Shown: positions 12,846-26,382 of the stretch, in pieces
Layout: every line of letters begins with the position of its first letter
Numbering within the stretch: the stretch's first letter is position 1
DNA from: Mobula hypostoma
Lineage: Eukaryota
Direction of reading: 5' to 3'
Assembly (NCBI RefSeq): GCF_963921235.1
Contig: NC_086097.1
Location: forward strand, 73,162,001 to 73,226,000
DNA length: 64,000 bases
Program-made: the position numbers and the translations under genes
The notes under the pieces: generated by a model
What the model was told of the DNA's origin: nothing
Seen by the model: only the letters and a program-made list of their open reading frames with translations
Databases searched by the model: none

Positions 12846-13840
12846 CACTGGACAACAAATTTTTTCAAAAGTGTTGCTTCCTCAGAATTTTTTTTGTTTG
12901 TGGTAGACTGCTTGAAGATGAACACAAATATAATTTTGGACTACCTGTATCACGTAGGAATTTGGAGAAACACAAATTAACTTTTGTTGAATATAGTGTG
13001 TTTAATTGCAGAATGGTGCTGATGCTTTGCAACAGTTCAACTAAGTCAAAAATATTTTGTTAATGGTTTTCATTTATAGTCAGTGTCTGAGGCTTCTCGC
13101 TTAAGTATCCAACAATAATTCGCCGGCATTGATGGATTCCAGTTGCCCTGGTATCTTTTCTCCATGACCGCAATGTCCTGGTGAAACCTTTCACCATGCT
13201 CGTCACTAACAGCACCAAGATTTGCAAGGAAGAAGTCTAAATACGAATGCAGAAAATGAATCTTTAGTGACATGTTGCATTTCATGGTTTTATATGCTTG
13301 AAGCATGCTCTCAACCAGCTGCATGTAATTTGGTGCTCTGTAGATGCCGAGGAAAAATTTCAACAACTTCCTTGAATGCCTTCCATGTGATTTTCTCTAG
13401 TCCCACTAGAAATTCTTCAAATTGCCTGTCATAGATGACCTGTTTGATTTGTGGACTAACAAAAATGTTTTCCTTAATCTTGGCATCAGTTATTCTGGGA
13501 AGCATCTGTCTCAAATATCAAAATCCTTCATAGAAATTTTTGTGCCTGGTGATAGCAAATTCCATCCTTATAGTCCCGAACCTATTAATTATTATTAAAA
13601 CCTGTCCTGCCATGCAGCAGCTTCACTGCCTAAGCTGCCTGGACAAGATAGGAAACTTTCCAGCTTACATTGTAGGCAACATTTTAATTGACTTGATTAT
13701 GAATTGAAATAATAAACATAAGTGATTTCAAAAAATGGTGTGTGATAGGGAAATTTCATGGTGATTTTCATGATCAGTAGCCCAAAATTCATAAGATACA
13801 CCTGAAGGTATTCAGGAAGCAAAATTTTTGTTGTCCAGTG
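12846..13840 (-). mobile_element. Chapaev3-type (CMC) DNA transposon, internally deleted
   Basis: TIR CACTGGACAACAAA; TTA on both flanks; transposase C-terminus KIKENIFVSPQI...NMSLKIHFLHS..DFF..NLGAVSDEHGERFHQDI..MEKRYQG..YCW. Confidence 0.85.
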
Positions 13841-14624
13841 TTATTAAAGCCCTAGTCTGTTTTTGGGAAGAGAACGCAAGAGTGAGAACATTAGAAATAT
13901 AACATAAGAAATCTGTAAGATAGCATGCAATTTGACATTAATAGCCAAGAAAATAGGAGTACGACCTCAGGCCCTTGAAGCCTGCCCTGCCATTTAATAT
14001 GAACAAGACTGATCTATTCTGGCCTCAATTCCTCTTCAGAACTGTTTCCTTGGTGTATTAAATTTCATCCATCACCACTTTGAAATTCAGGATCAAGAGC
14101 AGCTGCTTCCTTTCAACAATTTGTTCTTGAACCAACCTGTAAAACGCTAATCACTACCTTATTATTAGCAAAACTTTGTCCTATAATGCACTTTTTGTGT
14201 TCAAATTGTCTTCCTTGTATAATTTTATGTTTAACTTGTTTATCTCTTGGATATTGTTTCTAATGCTATGTGCCTGTAATGCTGCTGAGAGATTTTCATT
14301 GCATTCAATTTCAACTTTAATGACTCAGCTTCCAACTCCCATTATATAGTTATATCCCCTCCTTTGAAACTCTTCCACTTGTTAAAAACATTCCAATATG
14401 CACCTGTTAAATCTTCTAAACTCCTAGGAATCTATTGGTCTATTTTGGTATAATAATCAGCTCATCTGGTCTATTTTGGTATAATAATCAGCTCATCCCA
14501 ACGGTGTATTACCCATTTAGTATTCAGTTATTTTATAATAGACGTTTGAGTGGAATTGTAAAGACTCTGGTGAAACTCCATATGGAGTCTTCGTTCAGTT
14601 TATGTCTCCTGATTTGCTGTTTCC

Positions 14625-14875
14625 TCATAGCTTCAATCTTGGCTGCAGTGCGGAGTTTACACATTTTCTTGTGATTGTATAGGTTCTCTTTCCCCCACCC
14701 CACTAGCTGCTCTGTTTTTATCCTGCATTCAAATAAAACATGGGGGTTAGTAGACTAATTCATCATTGTGAACTTCCCTTGGTGTGTAGATGAATAACAG
14801 AATCTGGAAAGATTTCATGGGCATCAGGGGAGACTAATGGGGTTGCTGTAGGATAGGTGCAAACAGATGCTTGGG
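14625..14875 (+). mobile_element. Old V-SINE (HE1-like) relic
   Basis: gtgcggagtttacacattttc...gttagtagactaatt...cccttggtgtgtag resembles the V-SINE core (recalled, not aligned). Confidence 0.5.
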
Positions 14876-14877
14876 TA

Positions 14878-15282
14878 CTGGCCTATAAAGTACCCAATAC
14901 ATCTGCAAGGAGCGGTGTTCCAGAGAGTCAGCATCTATTATTAAGTAAGCCCAGCACCCAGAGAATATCCTTTTCTCATTGTTACCATCAGGTAGGACGT
15001 ACAGAAGCCTGAAGGCACACACCCAGTGATTCAGGAACAGCTTCTTCCCCTCTGCCATCCGATTCCTAAATGGACATTAAGCCCGTGAATACTAACACAC
15101 TTTTTTAATGTATATTATTTCTGTTATTGCATGATTTTTAATCTATTCATTATATATATACTGTAATTGATTCACTTTATTATTATTTATTATTTTTTCT
15201 ATATTATGTATTGCATTGAACTGCTGCTGCTAAGTTAACAAATTTTGCGTTTCATGCCGGTGATAATAATCTTGATTCTGGT
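14878..15282 (+). mobile_element. Rex1/Babar-type LINE 3' end
   Basis: LPSGRTYRSL...FRNSFFP motif and GATTCT tail. Confidence 0.75.
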
Positions 15283-16229
15283 CATCATAGATGGTACGCT
15301 GAAGAGACTTTTCCTGTGCTGCTTGACTCTGAGTCCATGAAGGGTATGTACATTCAAAGAAGGCTGGCCAGGTGATTGGGTGTGTAAATTGCCCCATGAG
15401 AAAAGATTAGGCAGTCTGGACAAAAGCATTCTAGAGATGAGAGGAATGAGAGATGGTTTTCTTGAACCACACAAAATTCTCCCAGGGCTTAATAACCATT
15501 GGGATGATGAATTCCTAGGCCAGAGTGACCGGACTAGGAGTCACAGTCTCAAGACATGAGGTCAACCATTCAGGGTTGTGATGAAAAGAAAATGTTTCAC
15601 CCGCAGGTTAGTTAATGTTAGGAACTCTACATCCTAAGTGGCTGTGGAGGCTCGTCCCAACAGATTCTCAAGATACCACAATTATTTTACATATTTACAA
15701 ATTGCAGGACTATGGAACAAGTACTGGAAAGTGGCAGTGAAATAAGTCCACCATTTTCTCAATTCCATTTTAAGCACCAGGGGGACAAATGGCATACCAG
15801 TGAAACAACTTATTTTTCTATGTTCTTGGCAAATGTGATAGAGCATCTGCTACATCTGCAGTTACAAGGTATAGTGTTCCAAAGGTCCAAAATCCTCAAA
15901 ATAAATTGTTCCTTTTCAGTTATAAATGGCTGAGCCCATTATGATGAGGTTCTCAGTTCTGGGCACTCCAATGAGAGGAGAAACCACTCTGCTCTTTGTC
16001 ATTTCTTCCTAGAATAGTGTTAGTGTTGATGAGAGAGCTCCTTGTTCAGAATCAGGCCTAATTTCACTGCCATATGTTGTAAAATTTGTTTAGTGGCAGG
16101 AGTACAGCGCAATATACAAAATATACTGTAAATTACGGTAAGTACTGAGTGCATCTGTTCCCAATTTATGCACCCAAGTTCCTGCCTGAAAGCATCATGT
16201 CGCCCTCCTCCAATTAAATAATTTTTCAT

Positions 16230-17280
16230 ACCTGCTGCTAAGTTAACAGTTCAATGCAACACAATGTAGTAGAAGAAAAATAATAATATAATAAATAAGT
16301 AAATCAATTACAGTATTTGTGTATTGAACAGATTAAAAACCATGTAAAAAAACCCCCAGAAATAATGTGTATTTAAAAAAAGTGAGGTAGTGTTCACGGG
16401 TTCAATGTCCATTTAGGAATCGGATGGTGGAGGGGAAGAAGTTGTTCCTGAATCGCTGAGTGTGTGCCTTCAGGCTTCTGTACCTCCTAACAGTGAGAAA
16501 AGGGCATGCCCTGGGTGCTGGTTAATAATGAACGCTGCCTTTCTGAGACACTGCTCCTTGAAGATGTCCTGGGTACTTTGTAGACTAGTATCCTAGATGG
16601 AGCCAACTAAATTTACAACCCTATGCAGCTTCTTTTGGTCCTGTGCAGTAGCGCCCCCCGCCCCCCCCAATACCAGAGAGAAATGCAGACTGTCAGAATG
16701 CTTTCCACAGTACATCAATGGAAGTTTGTGAGTGTTTTTGTTGATACAGCAAAGCTCTTCAAACTTCTAATGAAGTATAGTTGCTGTCGTCCCTTCTTTA
16801 TACCTGCATTGATATGTTGGGACCAGGTTAGGTCCTCAAATAACTTGACACCCAGGAACTTGAAACTGCTCACTCTCTCCACTTCTGATCCCTCTATGGG
16901 GATTGGTATGTGTTCCTTCGTCTTACCCTTCCTGAAGTCCACAATCAGCTCTTTTCTCTTACTGATGTTGAGTGCAAGGTTGTTGCTGCGTCACCACTCC
17001 ATAAATTGGCATATCTTACTCCATCTGAGATTCTACCAACAAATTCTATCATCAGCAAATTTATAGATGGTATTTGAGCTATGCCTACCCACACAGTCAT
17101 GGGTATAGAGAAAGTAGAGCATTAGGCTAAGCACACATCCCTGAGGTGCACCAGTGTTGATCATCACTGAGGAGATGTTATCAGCAATCTGCACAGATTG
17201 TTGTCTTCTGGTTGGGAAGTCAAGGATCCAATTGCAGAGGGATACAGAGACCCAGGTTCTCTACTTTCTCAATCAGGATG
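16230..17280 (-). mobile_element. Rex1/Babar-type LINE RT/C-terminal fragment
   Basis: DFRK...VERVSSFKFLGV...LTWSQH...QQLYFIRSLKSF. Confidence 0.85.
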
Positions 17281-17329
17281 TGCCAATATTAGTAGAGTTG
17301 TGTAATTATAGAGTTATGTAATTATAGAA

Positions 17330-19400
17330 GCATGAGAAAGAAGCTGGCCAAAGTTGATTGGAAGTTGTCACTAGCAGGGATATCAGCAGAACAGCAATGA
17401 CTGGTGTTTCTGGGGAAAATTTGGAAGGTGCAGGATAGATGCATCACAAAAATAAAGTAGTATTCGGAAGGGAGGATGAGACAACCATAGCTGACAAGGG
17501 AAGCATAAAAGTAAAAGCAAAGGTTATAAAATACAACAAAAATCAGTGGGAAGGTAGAGAATTGGGAAGTTTTTAAAAACTAACAGAAGACAACTAAAAA
17601 AGCTATAAGGAGAGAGAGGATGAAATGTGAAGGGAAGCTAACCAATAATATGAAAGTATACAAAAATATTTTTTCAGATAAATCGAGAGTAAATGAGTGA
17701 TGTGAGTGGGTATGGGACCACGAGAAAATGACACTGGAGAGGTAATAATGGAGAATGAAGAAATAGCAGAGGAACGTTATAAGTATTTTGTTCCAGTCTT
17801 CATTGTGGAAGACATTAGCAGAATGCCAGAAGTGGAAGCGTGTCAGGGTAGAATGAGTATCATTGCTACTACTAAGGAGATGGTATGTGGGAAGCTGAAA
17901 GGTCTGAAGGTTCTAAGTCTCCTAGACCAGATGAATTATACCCCAGTGTATTGAAAGAGGTGGCTGAAGAGACTGTGGAAACAAGAGTAATAATCTTTCA
18001 AGAACACTAGATTCCAGAATGCTCCCTGAGGACTGCAAAATTACAAATGTCACTCCACTCTTTAAGAAGGGAGGGACGCAGAAGAAAGGAAGTTAACCTT
18101 ACTTCAGTGTTTGGAAAGATGTTGGAGTCTATTATTAAGGATAAGTTTTTGGAGTATTTGGAGGCAAATGATTAAATAGGCCAAAGGCAGCATGGTTCCC
18201 TTAAGGGGACATCTTGCCTGACATATCTGTTGAAATTCTTTGAGGAAATAACAGCTAGCAATGACAAGGTGAGTCAGTGGATGTTATTTATTTGGATTTT
18301 CAGAAGGCCTTTGATAAGGTGCCATACATGAGGCTGCTTAACAAAATAATAGCCCATGGTATTACCGGAAAGGTACTAGAACAGATAGAAAATTGGTTGA
18401 CTGGCAGGACGCAGAGAGTTAGCAGCCTTTTCTGATTGGCTGCTGGTGACCAGTGTGCCACAGGGGTTGATGTCGGGAAGCTTATTTTCATGCTATATGT
18501 TAATGATTTGGATGAAGGAATTGACAGCTTTATGGCCAAATTTGCAGATTATATGAAGATGGGTGCAAGGGTAGATACTGTTGAGGAAGCAGAATGTCTG
18601 CTGAAGGGCTTAGACAGACTTGGTGAATGGGCAAAGAAGTGGCAGATGGGATATAATGTCGGGAAGTTCATGGTGATGCACTTTGGTAGAGGCAATAAAG
18701 GCGTGGACTATTTTGTACATAGGGAGAAAATTCAAAAATCAGATGTACAGGGGGACTTGAGAATCCTCCTGCAGGATTCCCCGAAGGTTATCGTGCAGGT
18801 TGAGTCAGTAGTAAGGAAGACAAATGCAATCATTTCATTTCTTTTGAGAGGACTAGAATACAAAAGCATGGATGTAACTCTGAGGCTTTATAAAGCATTT
18901 GTCAGACCATACGATGTATTCTGAGCAGTTTTGGCTCCTTATCTGAGAAAGGATGTGCTGGTTCATGAAAGTGATCCCAGGAATGAAAGGGTTAACATGA
19001 GTATTGGGCTCTGGGCTGTAGTTGCTGAAATTTAGAAGAATGAGCGAGGATCTCATTGAAACCTGTTGAATGTTGAAAGTTCTGGATAGAGTGGATCTGG
19101 AGAGGATGTTTCCTAAACTGGGGGAGTCTAGGACCAGAGGGCATAGCTTCAGAATTGAGGGACATCCATTTAGAACAGAGTTGCGGAATTTCTTTTGCCA
19201 GAGGGTAGTGAATCTGTGGATTTCTTTGCCAGAGATGGCTGTGCAGGCCAAGTCATTGAGTATATTTGGTTCTTAATTGATCAGGACATCAAACAGGAGA
19301 AGGCAGGAAAATATGATTGAGATGGCTAATAAAGCAGCCATGATGGAGTGGTGGAGCAAATGGGCTGAATAGCCTAATTCTGCCCCTAGGCCTTATGATC
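17330..19400 (+). mobile_element. Older decayed CR1 LINE
   Basis: YVNDLDEGID..AKFAD; RTRGHSFRI; many stops. Confidence 0.88.
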
Positions 19401-19747
19401 TTTAATACCATACCAAATATCCTCAAGCTCCTGGTGGACTATACTGTAGCTGCTGTCATGCCTTTGTAATTGCATCTAAGGTGGATCTTCAGTGATGTTG
19501 ATGCCGAGAAACTTGAAAATGCTCACCCCTTCACTGCTGATCTTTCAATGAAGTCTCGTTTGTTCTCCCAACCTCAGATCACCTGATGCTTCCTTTTTAA
19601 AAAAAAACTGAGTGCTACTTTTCTTTATAATATCCCTCAGCCTTGTTTACCTTTTATTTAGCAGATTCATCTCACTCCTTTACCTAACCCCTCAAACAGT
19701 CTTTCAGTTACTTTTTTTTGTAAAATATACCTTGTGGAAAAACAATA

Positions 19748-20077
19748 CAGTTGGCCCTCTTTATCCGCAGGGGATTGGTTCCGGGACCCCCCGTGGACAC
19801 CAAAAAACGCGGATGCCCAGGTCCATTATATAAAATGGCGTAGTATTTGCATATAATGTACGCACATCCTCCCGTATACTTTAAATCATCTCTAGATTAC
19901 TTATAATACCTAACACAATGTAAATGCTGGGTAAATAGTTGTTATACTGTATTGTTTAGGGAACAATGACGAAAAAAACGCTCAAACAACGAGTGCTGGA
20001 GAGAGCTTCTGGGTTTTCCCGATCCGCGGTTGGTTGAATCTGCACATGCGGAACCAGCGGATAAAGAGGGCCGACTG
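19748..20077. mobile_element. TcMar-Tigger MITE, MER2-like, 330 bp
   Basis: TIR CAGT(T/C)GGCCCTCTTTATCCGC; TA on both flanks. Confidence 0.9.
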
Positions 20078-21021
20078 TATATGCCTTTCATTTTAAGGCT
20101 CTTGCAGTTAATCATAGCTATCTTACTTCTTATCTACTTTTGCTTGTTTTGGTTTGAAGATGACTTAGCCAGCATGTCTGTCATAGACAATCAGAGAAAA
20201 TGTTAACAACTCCTAAGGTTGCTTCTTTGTGAATCAACACTGACTCTCAACACTCAGAGCTCAGGCTATGAATTATTGGCCCTGTGAATAAATTTTTTTA
20301 AAAATTCTCCTTTGCCTTAAGTTCCAGTTTTATTCAAATTCTTAGAAGCTAATTTTGATGTCAAATCTTAATGGGTGTAATGGGATTGGTACTAGAAAAA
20401 CAGTAGAATGTTTTTCTCTGTATCGTTCATAATCCAAAGTCATAGGCAGGGTTCTGCAGAAGACCCACAAGACTGATGACTGTAACATTCTGGATAAGCT
20501 GTGATTTCCTTTTCTGGTGAAATTTGAAGCAGCTGCACTCCTGGTATTACAGCCTCCTCATCTTCCATTCCAGGAGCTGAGAGCCCAATGTCTAGTCACT
20601 CTGCATGATTAGGTCAGATTGGAAAAACATTCTATTAAAATGCCTTTTTGTGGAAATCCCCAAATCACATTATAGTCAATGAACAATATTTGAAATGTGG
20701 ACTTTCAATAGTGCAACAGCTCATTTGTGAAAGATAGTGGTGAGATAATTGACTGGATGATTTTATTTTCTACATGTTTTCTTGAAAGTTAAATGCATTT
20801 TGGGCAAGGCGTATTGGATTAATGTTTGAATTTTTAGATTTCTGTTTTTGCAGATTTTTAGTACTGTACTTCTGTTCAGTGCCAGGTATTATATTTGAAA
20901 ATATTATTTGTGGCTTTTATTAAAAGTATGGACATACCAAATAAAAATGAAAGCTGGGCTTTCTGGGCGGCTCAAAAGCATATGCAAGTAAACGTCTTAT
21001 TCTGAGATGAATGTGGAATAA

Positions 21022-22200
21022 CAATTGAATTGACTTTATTTCTTGCATCCTTCACATACATGAGTAAAACTTTTTGCAATATATCTCCATCTAAATGTAC
21101 AATGTGCAATCATAGTAATTTATAATAAATAGAATAGTCAATGTTACATAGAAATACACTCAAATCAGCGTGAGTTAATCAGTCTGATGGCCTGGTGGAA
21201 GAAATTGTCCCGGAACCTGTTGGTCCTGGCTTTTATGGTGTGGTACCGTTTCCCAGATGCTAGCAGCTGCAATAGATTGTGGTTGGGGGTGACTCGGGTC
21301 CCCAATGAGCCTTCGGGCCCTTTTCTCACACCTGCCTTTGTAAATGTCCTGAACCATTGGAAGTTCATACCTACAGTGTATAAGATGATGCGAGGCATTG
21401 ATCGTGTGGATAGTCAGAGGCTTTTTTCCAGGACTGAAATGACTGCCACAATTGGGCACAGGTTTAAGGTGCTTGGGAGTAGGTACAGAGGAGTTGTCAG
21501 GGGTAAGTTTTTTATGCAGAGAGTGACGAGTGCGTGGAATGGGCTGCTGGCAACAGTGGTGGAGGCAGATACGATAGGGTCTTTTAACAGACTTTTGGAT
21601 AGGTATATGGAGCTTAGAAAAATAGAGGGCTGTGGGTAACTCTAGTAATTTCTAAGGTAGGGATATGTTCGGCACAACTTTGTGGGTTGAAGGGCCTGTA
21701 TTGTGCTGTAGGTTTTCTATGTTTCTGTTTCTACAGATGCACTGAGCTGTCTGCACCACTCTCTGCAGAATCCTGCGATTAAGGGTGGTACAGTTCCCAT
21801 ACCAGGCAATGATGCGGTCAGTCAGGATGCTGTCAATTGTGCCCTGTAGAAAGTTTTTAGAATTTGGGGGCCTATGCCAAACATCCTCAACCGTCTGAGG
21901 TGAAAGAGGCGCTCGTGTGCCTGTTTCTCCACACAGCTGGTGTATACAGACCACATGAGGTCCTTGCTGATGTGGATGCCAAGGAACTTAAAGCTGTTTA
22001 CCCCCTCAACCCCAGATCCATTGATGTCAGTAGGGGTTAGCCCGACTCCATTCCTGCTGTAATCCACAACCAGCTCCTTTTTTTTTTTGCAACATTGAGG
22101 GAGAGGTTGTTTTCTTGACACCATTGTGTCAGAGAGATGACTTCTTCCCTGTAGGCCACCTCATTTTGTTTGAGATTAGGCCAATCAATGAGATCATCAG
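21022..22200 (-). mobile_element. Rex1/Babar-type LINE 3' part, split by a CR1 3' end (+, ~21355-21730)
   Basis: WCQENNLSLNVAK, FKFLGIHISKDL, ARTNRFRDNFFHQAIRL; CR1 piece YKMMRGIDRVD with TTTCTATG tail. Confidence 0.85.
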
Positions 22201-22796
22201 AAGACTCTGTGTTGGCACTTAGCAACGAGCAAATGAAAACTTCATCAGAACAGCTCTGCAAGTCAGGCCACATCTATGGAGTTTGGTAGAATGGTGCAGC
22301 GTAAATTGTGTAACCTAAGTGAGCGTAAGCGTTGGGTGGAAAACAAATAAACCAGCAGGTGCTGAAATATTAAACAAAAGCTGAAATGCTGGAAGAACTC
22401 AGCTAGTCAAGCAGCATCTGTGGAAAGGGAAGCTACTCAATATATCAAATTGGCAAACCTTTCTCTGATCTGGAGGATGACTGGAGGTTTTACAGTTTTG
22501 AAAGCAGCTGGGGGGAGAGTAGTGAGGTGTAAGATAAGGATTCTGTGGAGATAGGTTAAGACTGGCAGTGAAGAACATGAGGGCAGATTGTTAGCAAGGC
22601 ATTGAAAAGAAGGGATGAAAAGGGGATACAAGCATAAAAATGGGACGTGATTTGAGAGCAGTTTATGTGAAATTGGACAAACCTGAGTTCATTTCAGAAA
22701 ACTGTCAGGTACCCAGTCAGAAGACAATTTGTTTGCAGCAATTTGCTTTTAGCTTCTCTGAGGGAGTAGAGGAGGCCAAAGTCAGACAAGTGGGAA

Positions 22797-23290
22797 CGGT
22801 TCATTTATTATCAAAGTATACAACCCTTCTTCTCCAGGTAGCCATGAAAGTAAGAAAGAAAAGAAGGGCAGCATGATCATCAACCCCTAAATCCCATCTC
22901 CCTGCACAAAAAAAAATCAAATACAATACAGGCATTTCAATCCCCAAATCTCTGCTCTTGCATAAAAAAACAAACAAAAATGGAGCAGACACATCAATCC
23001 CCAAATCCCTCCTCCCACACAAAAAAATGGACAAAATGGAACAGACACATTGATTTCCCCATACCCCACCCCACACCAAAAAATGAGAAAGATCAGGCCA
23101 AAAACCCAGAATATAAAACAAAGGACTGACAAAATAAGTCTATAATCCAAGTCCACATCCAAAACACAGAAAACCTGAGTAACACTCTCTGGGCACCACA
23201 GCAGCCTATTCCCCCCTCTGGTAGCACAGCAGAGTGATCTTCAGCAATCAAAAGACATGTAGCCGATGCTCATCTTCCACATCGGCCTCT
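22797..23290 (-). repeat. Non-coding interspersed element with a ~57-bp degenerate tandem repeat x4 (22876-23095), inside a PLE relic (~22340-23700)
   Basis: Recurrent ATCAATCCCCAAATCCC...CACAAAAAAA units. Confidence 0.6.
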
Positions 23291-24447
23291 GAAGAATTAA
23301 GAATTAAAGTAGCATTCAGCAGGAAGCGTAGGATCACCTCCACTGAGTGAGCAGATGTGGTCCACGAAGTAATCACCCCATCTGGGGTTGACTCCTCCAG
23401 TGTTTAGAACTTCAACCGCAGTAGTCTGTGTAGGGTTCACTTCTTCACTGCAATTCACTTCATGTCTTCCAGCCCTACTACTATGAAGTAGGGTTGGAGG
23501 CAGTGAAAAGATTTGTGATTTCACCTGGCATGATTGTTTGGGCCCCGGTTTGGTGGGAAAGGATGAGGTAAATGGACAAGTGTTGCTTCTCTCATTTGCA
23601 TGGAAAGGTGTGCTAGAATGGTGAGCAGTGCGTGGCAGGAGAAGTGGACCACATAATCATGAAATGAGCAGACTTACAAAATGCAGGAAGGGGAGGAGAG
23701 GAGGATGCCAGTAGTTGGGGAGCTAGACTGTGCTATGCCGGTATGAAGTGACTCAGATGATGGATTGCACTCACCAGAGTAAAATGAATACAGATTTTGG
23801 GTTACTAGCTATGCCTGCTCTGCAAATATGACACAGATTTCAGTAGTTCATTGACTTGACACTGTTACAGCTTTTAACTAACAATCCTGCTGCCCAAGAA
23901 GACAAAATCTGCATTTTATGTGAAATTCTTGCTGATTGTAACTTTTCAGACTCGTTATTTGTGCCAGGATAATTGGCTCATTAGAAATTTATCCTCGAGG
24001 TCTTGTATCAGAATGAAAATGATTAGTTCACTATAAAACTTGCACAAAGTATCGCCTTTTAGTGACGAGAGTGCAGGAAGAGGAAATGCAGGAAAGACAG
24101 GAATTATTCAATCTTTGGAGCAGTTAAGCTAATTGAGCCATAGGGCAGAGTTTGGTTCACAGTGGAACTTGGTTAATAATGAGAGAAATTGTACTCAACT
24201 GCTTTCAGGCCCATGGGATTTATCAGTTTTTGAGTTCAGGATTGAAATGATGGTACAGAAACATTTACTGTATCTTCATATTTATGTACATTTTAGGATG
24301 TAATCTTCAGCACAAAGAACAGAGCATGAATGGGACATGTAATCTTCTGGCCAGGTTATATTTGGTGCCTATTTTAACTTACTGGCTGATGATAATGAGG
24401 ACCACTCTGTGGCAGAAGCTTAACCTGACCTGAGAAATCAAACCATT

Positions 24448-26382
24448 ATAGAAACATAGAAAACCTACGGCACAGTATAGGCCCTTCGGCCCACAAAGCT
24501 GTGCTGAACATATCCTTACCTTAGAACTACCTAGGGTTACCCATAACTGTCTATTTTTCTAAGCTCCATGTACCTATCCGGAGGTCTCTTAAAAGACCCT
24601 ATCGTTTTCGCCTCCACCTCCGCTGCCGGCAGCCCATTCGTGCACTCACCACTCTTTGCATAAAAAAAAACTTATGCCTGACATCTCCTCTGTATCTACT
24701 TCCAAGCACCTTAAAACTGTGCCCTCTCGTGCTAGCCATTTCAACCCTGGGAAGAAGCCTCTGACTGTCCACACAATCAATGTGTCTCATTATCTTGTAC
24801 ACCTCTATCAGGTCACCTCTCATCCTCCGTTGCTCCAAGCAGAAAAGGCCAAGTTCACTCAACCTATTCTCATAAGGCATGCTCCCCAATCCAGGCAACA
24901 TCCGTGTAAGTCTCCTCTACATCCTTCCTATGGTGAGGCGACCAAAATTGAGCACAGTACTCCAAGTGGAATCTGACCAGGGTCCGATATAGTTGCAACA
25001 TTACCTCTCGGCTCTTAAACTCAATCCCACGGTTGATGAAGGCCAATGCACCGTATGCCGCCTTAACCACAGAGTCAACCTGTGTAGCAGCTTTGAGTGT
25101 CCTGTAGACTCAGACCCCCAGATCCCTCTGATCCTCCACACTGCCAAAGGGTCTTACCATTAATACTGTATTCTATCTTCATATTTGACCTACCAAAATG
25201 AACCACCTTACATTTTTCTGGGTTGAACTCCATCTGCCACCTCTCAGCCCAGTTTTGCATCCTATCAATGTCCCGCTGTAACCTGTGACAGCCCTCCATA
25301 CTATCCACAACATTCCCAACCTTTGTGCCATCAGCACATTTACTAACCCATCCCTCCACTTCCTCAACCAGGTCATTTATAAAAATCATGAAGAGTAAGG
25401 GGTCCCAGAACAGATCCCTGAGGCACAGCACTGGTCACTGACCTCCATACAGTATATGACCCATCTACAACCACTCTTTGCCTTCTGTAGGCAAGCCAGT
25501 TCTGGATCCACAAAGCAATGTTCCCTGGGATCCCATGCCTCCTTACTTTCTCAATAAGCCTTGCATTGGGGTACCTTATCAAATGCCTTGCTGAAATCCA
25601 TATACATCTACAGTTCTACCTTCATCAATGTGTTTAGTCACTCAGGCTTGATTCAATCAGGCTTGTAAGGCACGACCTGCCTTTGACAAAGCCATGCTGA
25701 CTATTCCTAATCATATTATGCCTCTCCAAATGTTCATACATCCTGCCTCTCAGGGTCTCCTCCATCAAATTTCCAACCACTAAAGTAAGACTCGCTGGTT
25801 TATAATTTCCTGAGCTATCTCTACTCCCTTCCTTGAATAAGGGAACAATATCCACAACCCTCCAATCCTCTGGAACCTCTCCTGTCCTCATTGATGATGC
25901 AAAGATCATCGCCAGATGCTCATCAATCTCCTCCCTCTCTTCCTACAGTAGCCTGGGGTACATCTCATCCGCTCCCGGTGACTTATCCAACTTGATGCTT
26001 TCCAAATGGTCCAGCACATCCTCTTCCTTAACGTCTATATGCTCAAGTTTTCAGTCCGCTGTAAGTCATCCCTACAATCGCCAAGGTCCTTTTCCGTAGG
26101 GAATACTGATGCAAAGCATTCATTATGTACCTCTGCTATCTCCTCCGGTTCCATACACACTTTTCCGCTGTCACACTTGATTGGTCCTATTCTGTCAGGC
26201 CTTATCCTCTTTCTCTTCACATACTTGTAGAATACCTTGGGGATTTCCTTAATCCTATCCGCCAAGGCCTTCTCACTTCCCCTTTTGGCTCTCGTAATTT
26301 CATTCTTAAGCTCCTTCCTGCTAGCCTTATAATCTTATAGATCTCTATCATTACCTAGTTTTTTTGAAACTTTCGTAAGCTC
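24448..26382 (-). mobile_element. CR1 LINE 3' half
   Basis: PEDWRVVDIVPLFK, QHGFVKGRSCLTSL, PQGSVLGP; TAGAAACA tail on +. Confidence 0.92.

Noticed and set aside
12907..12953. Exon candidate LLEDEHKYNFGLPVS
   Set aside because: Lies inside the Chapaev3 element; weak donor.
14631..14670. Exon candidate SILAAVRSLHIF
   Set aside because: Within CR1 and V-SINE relics; weak donor.
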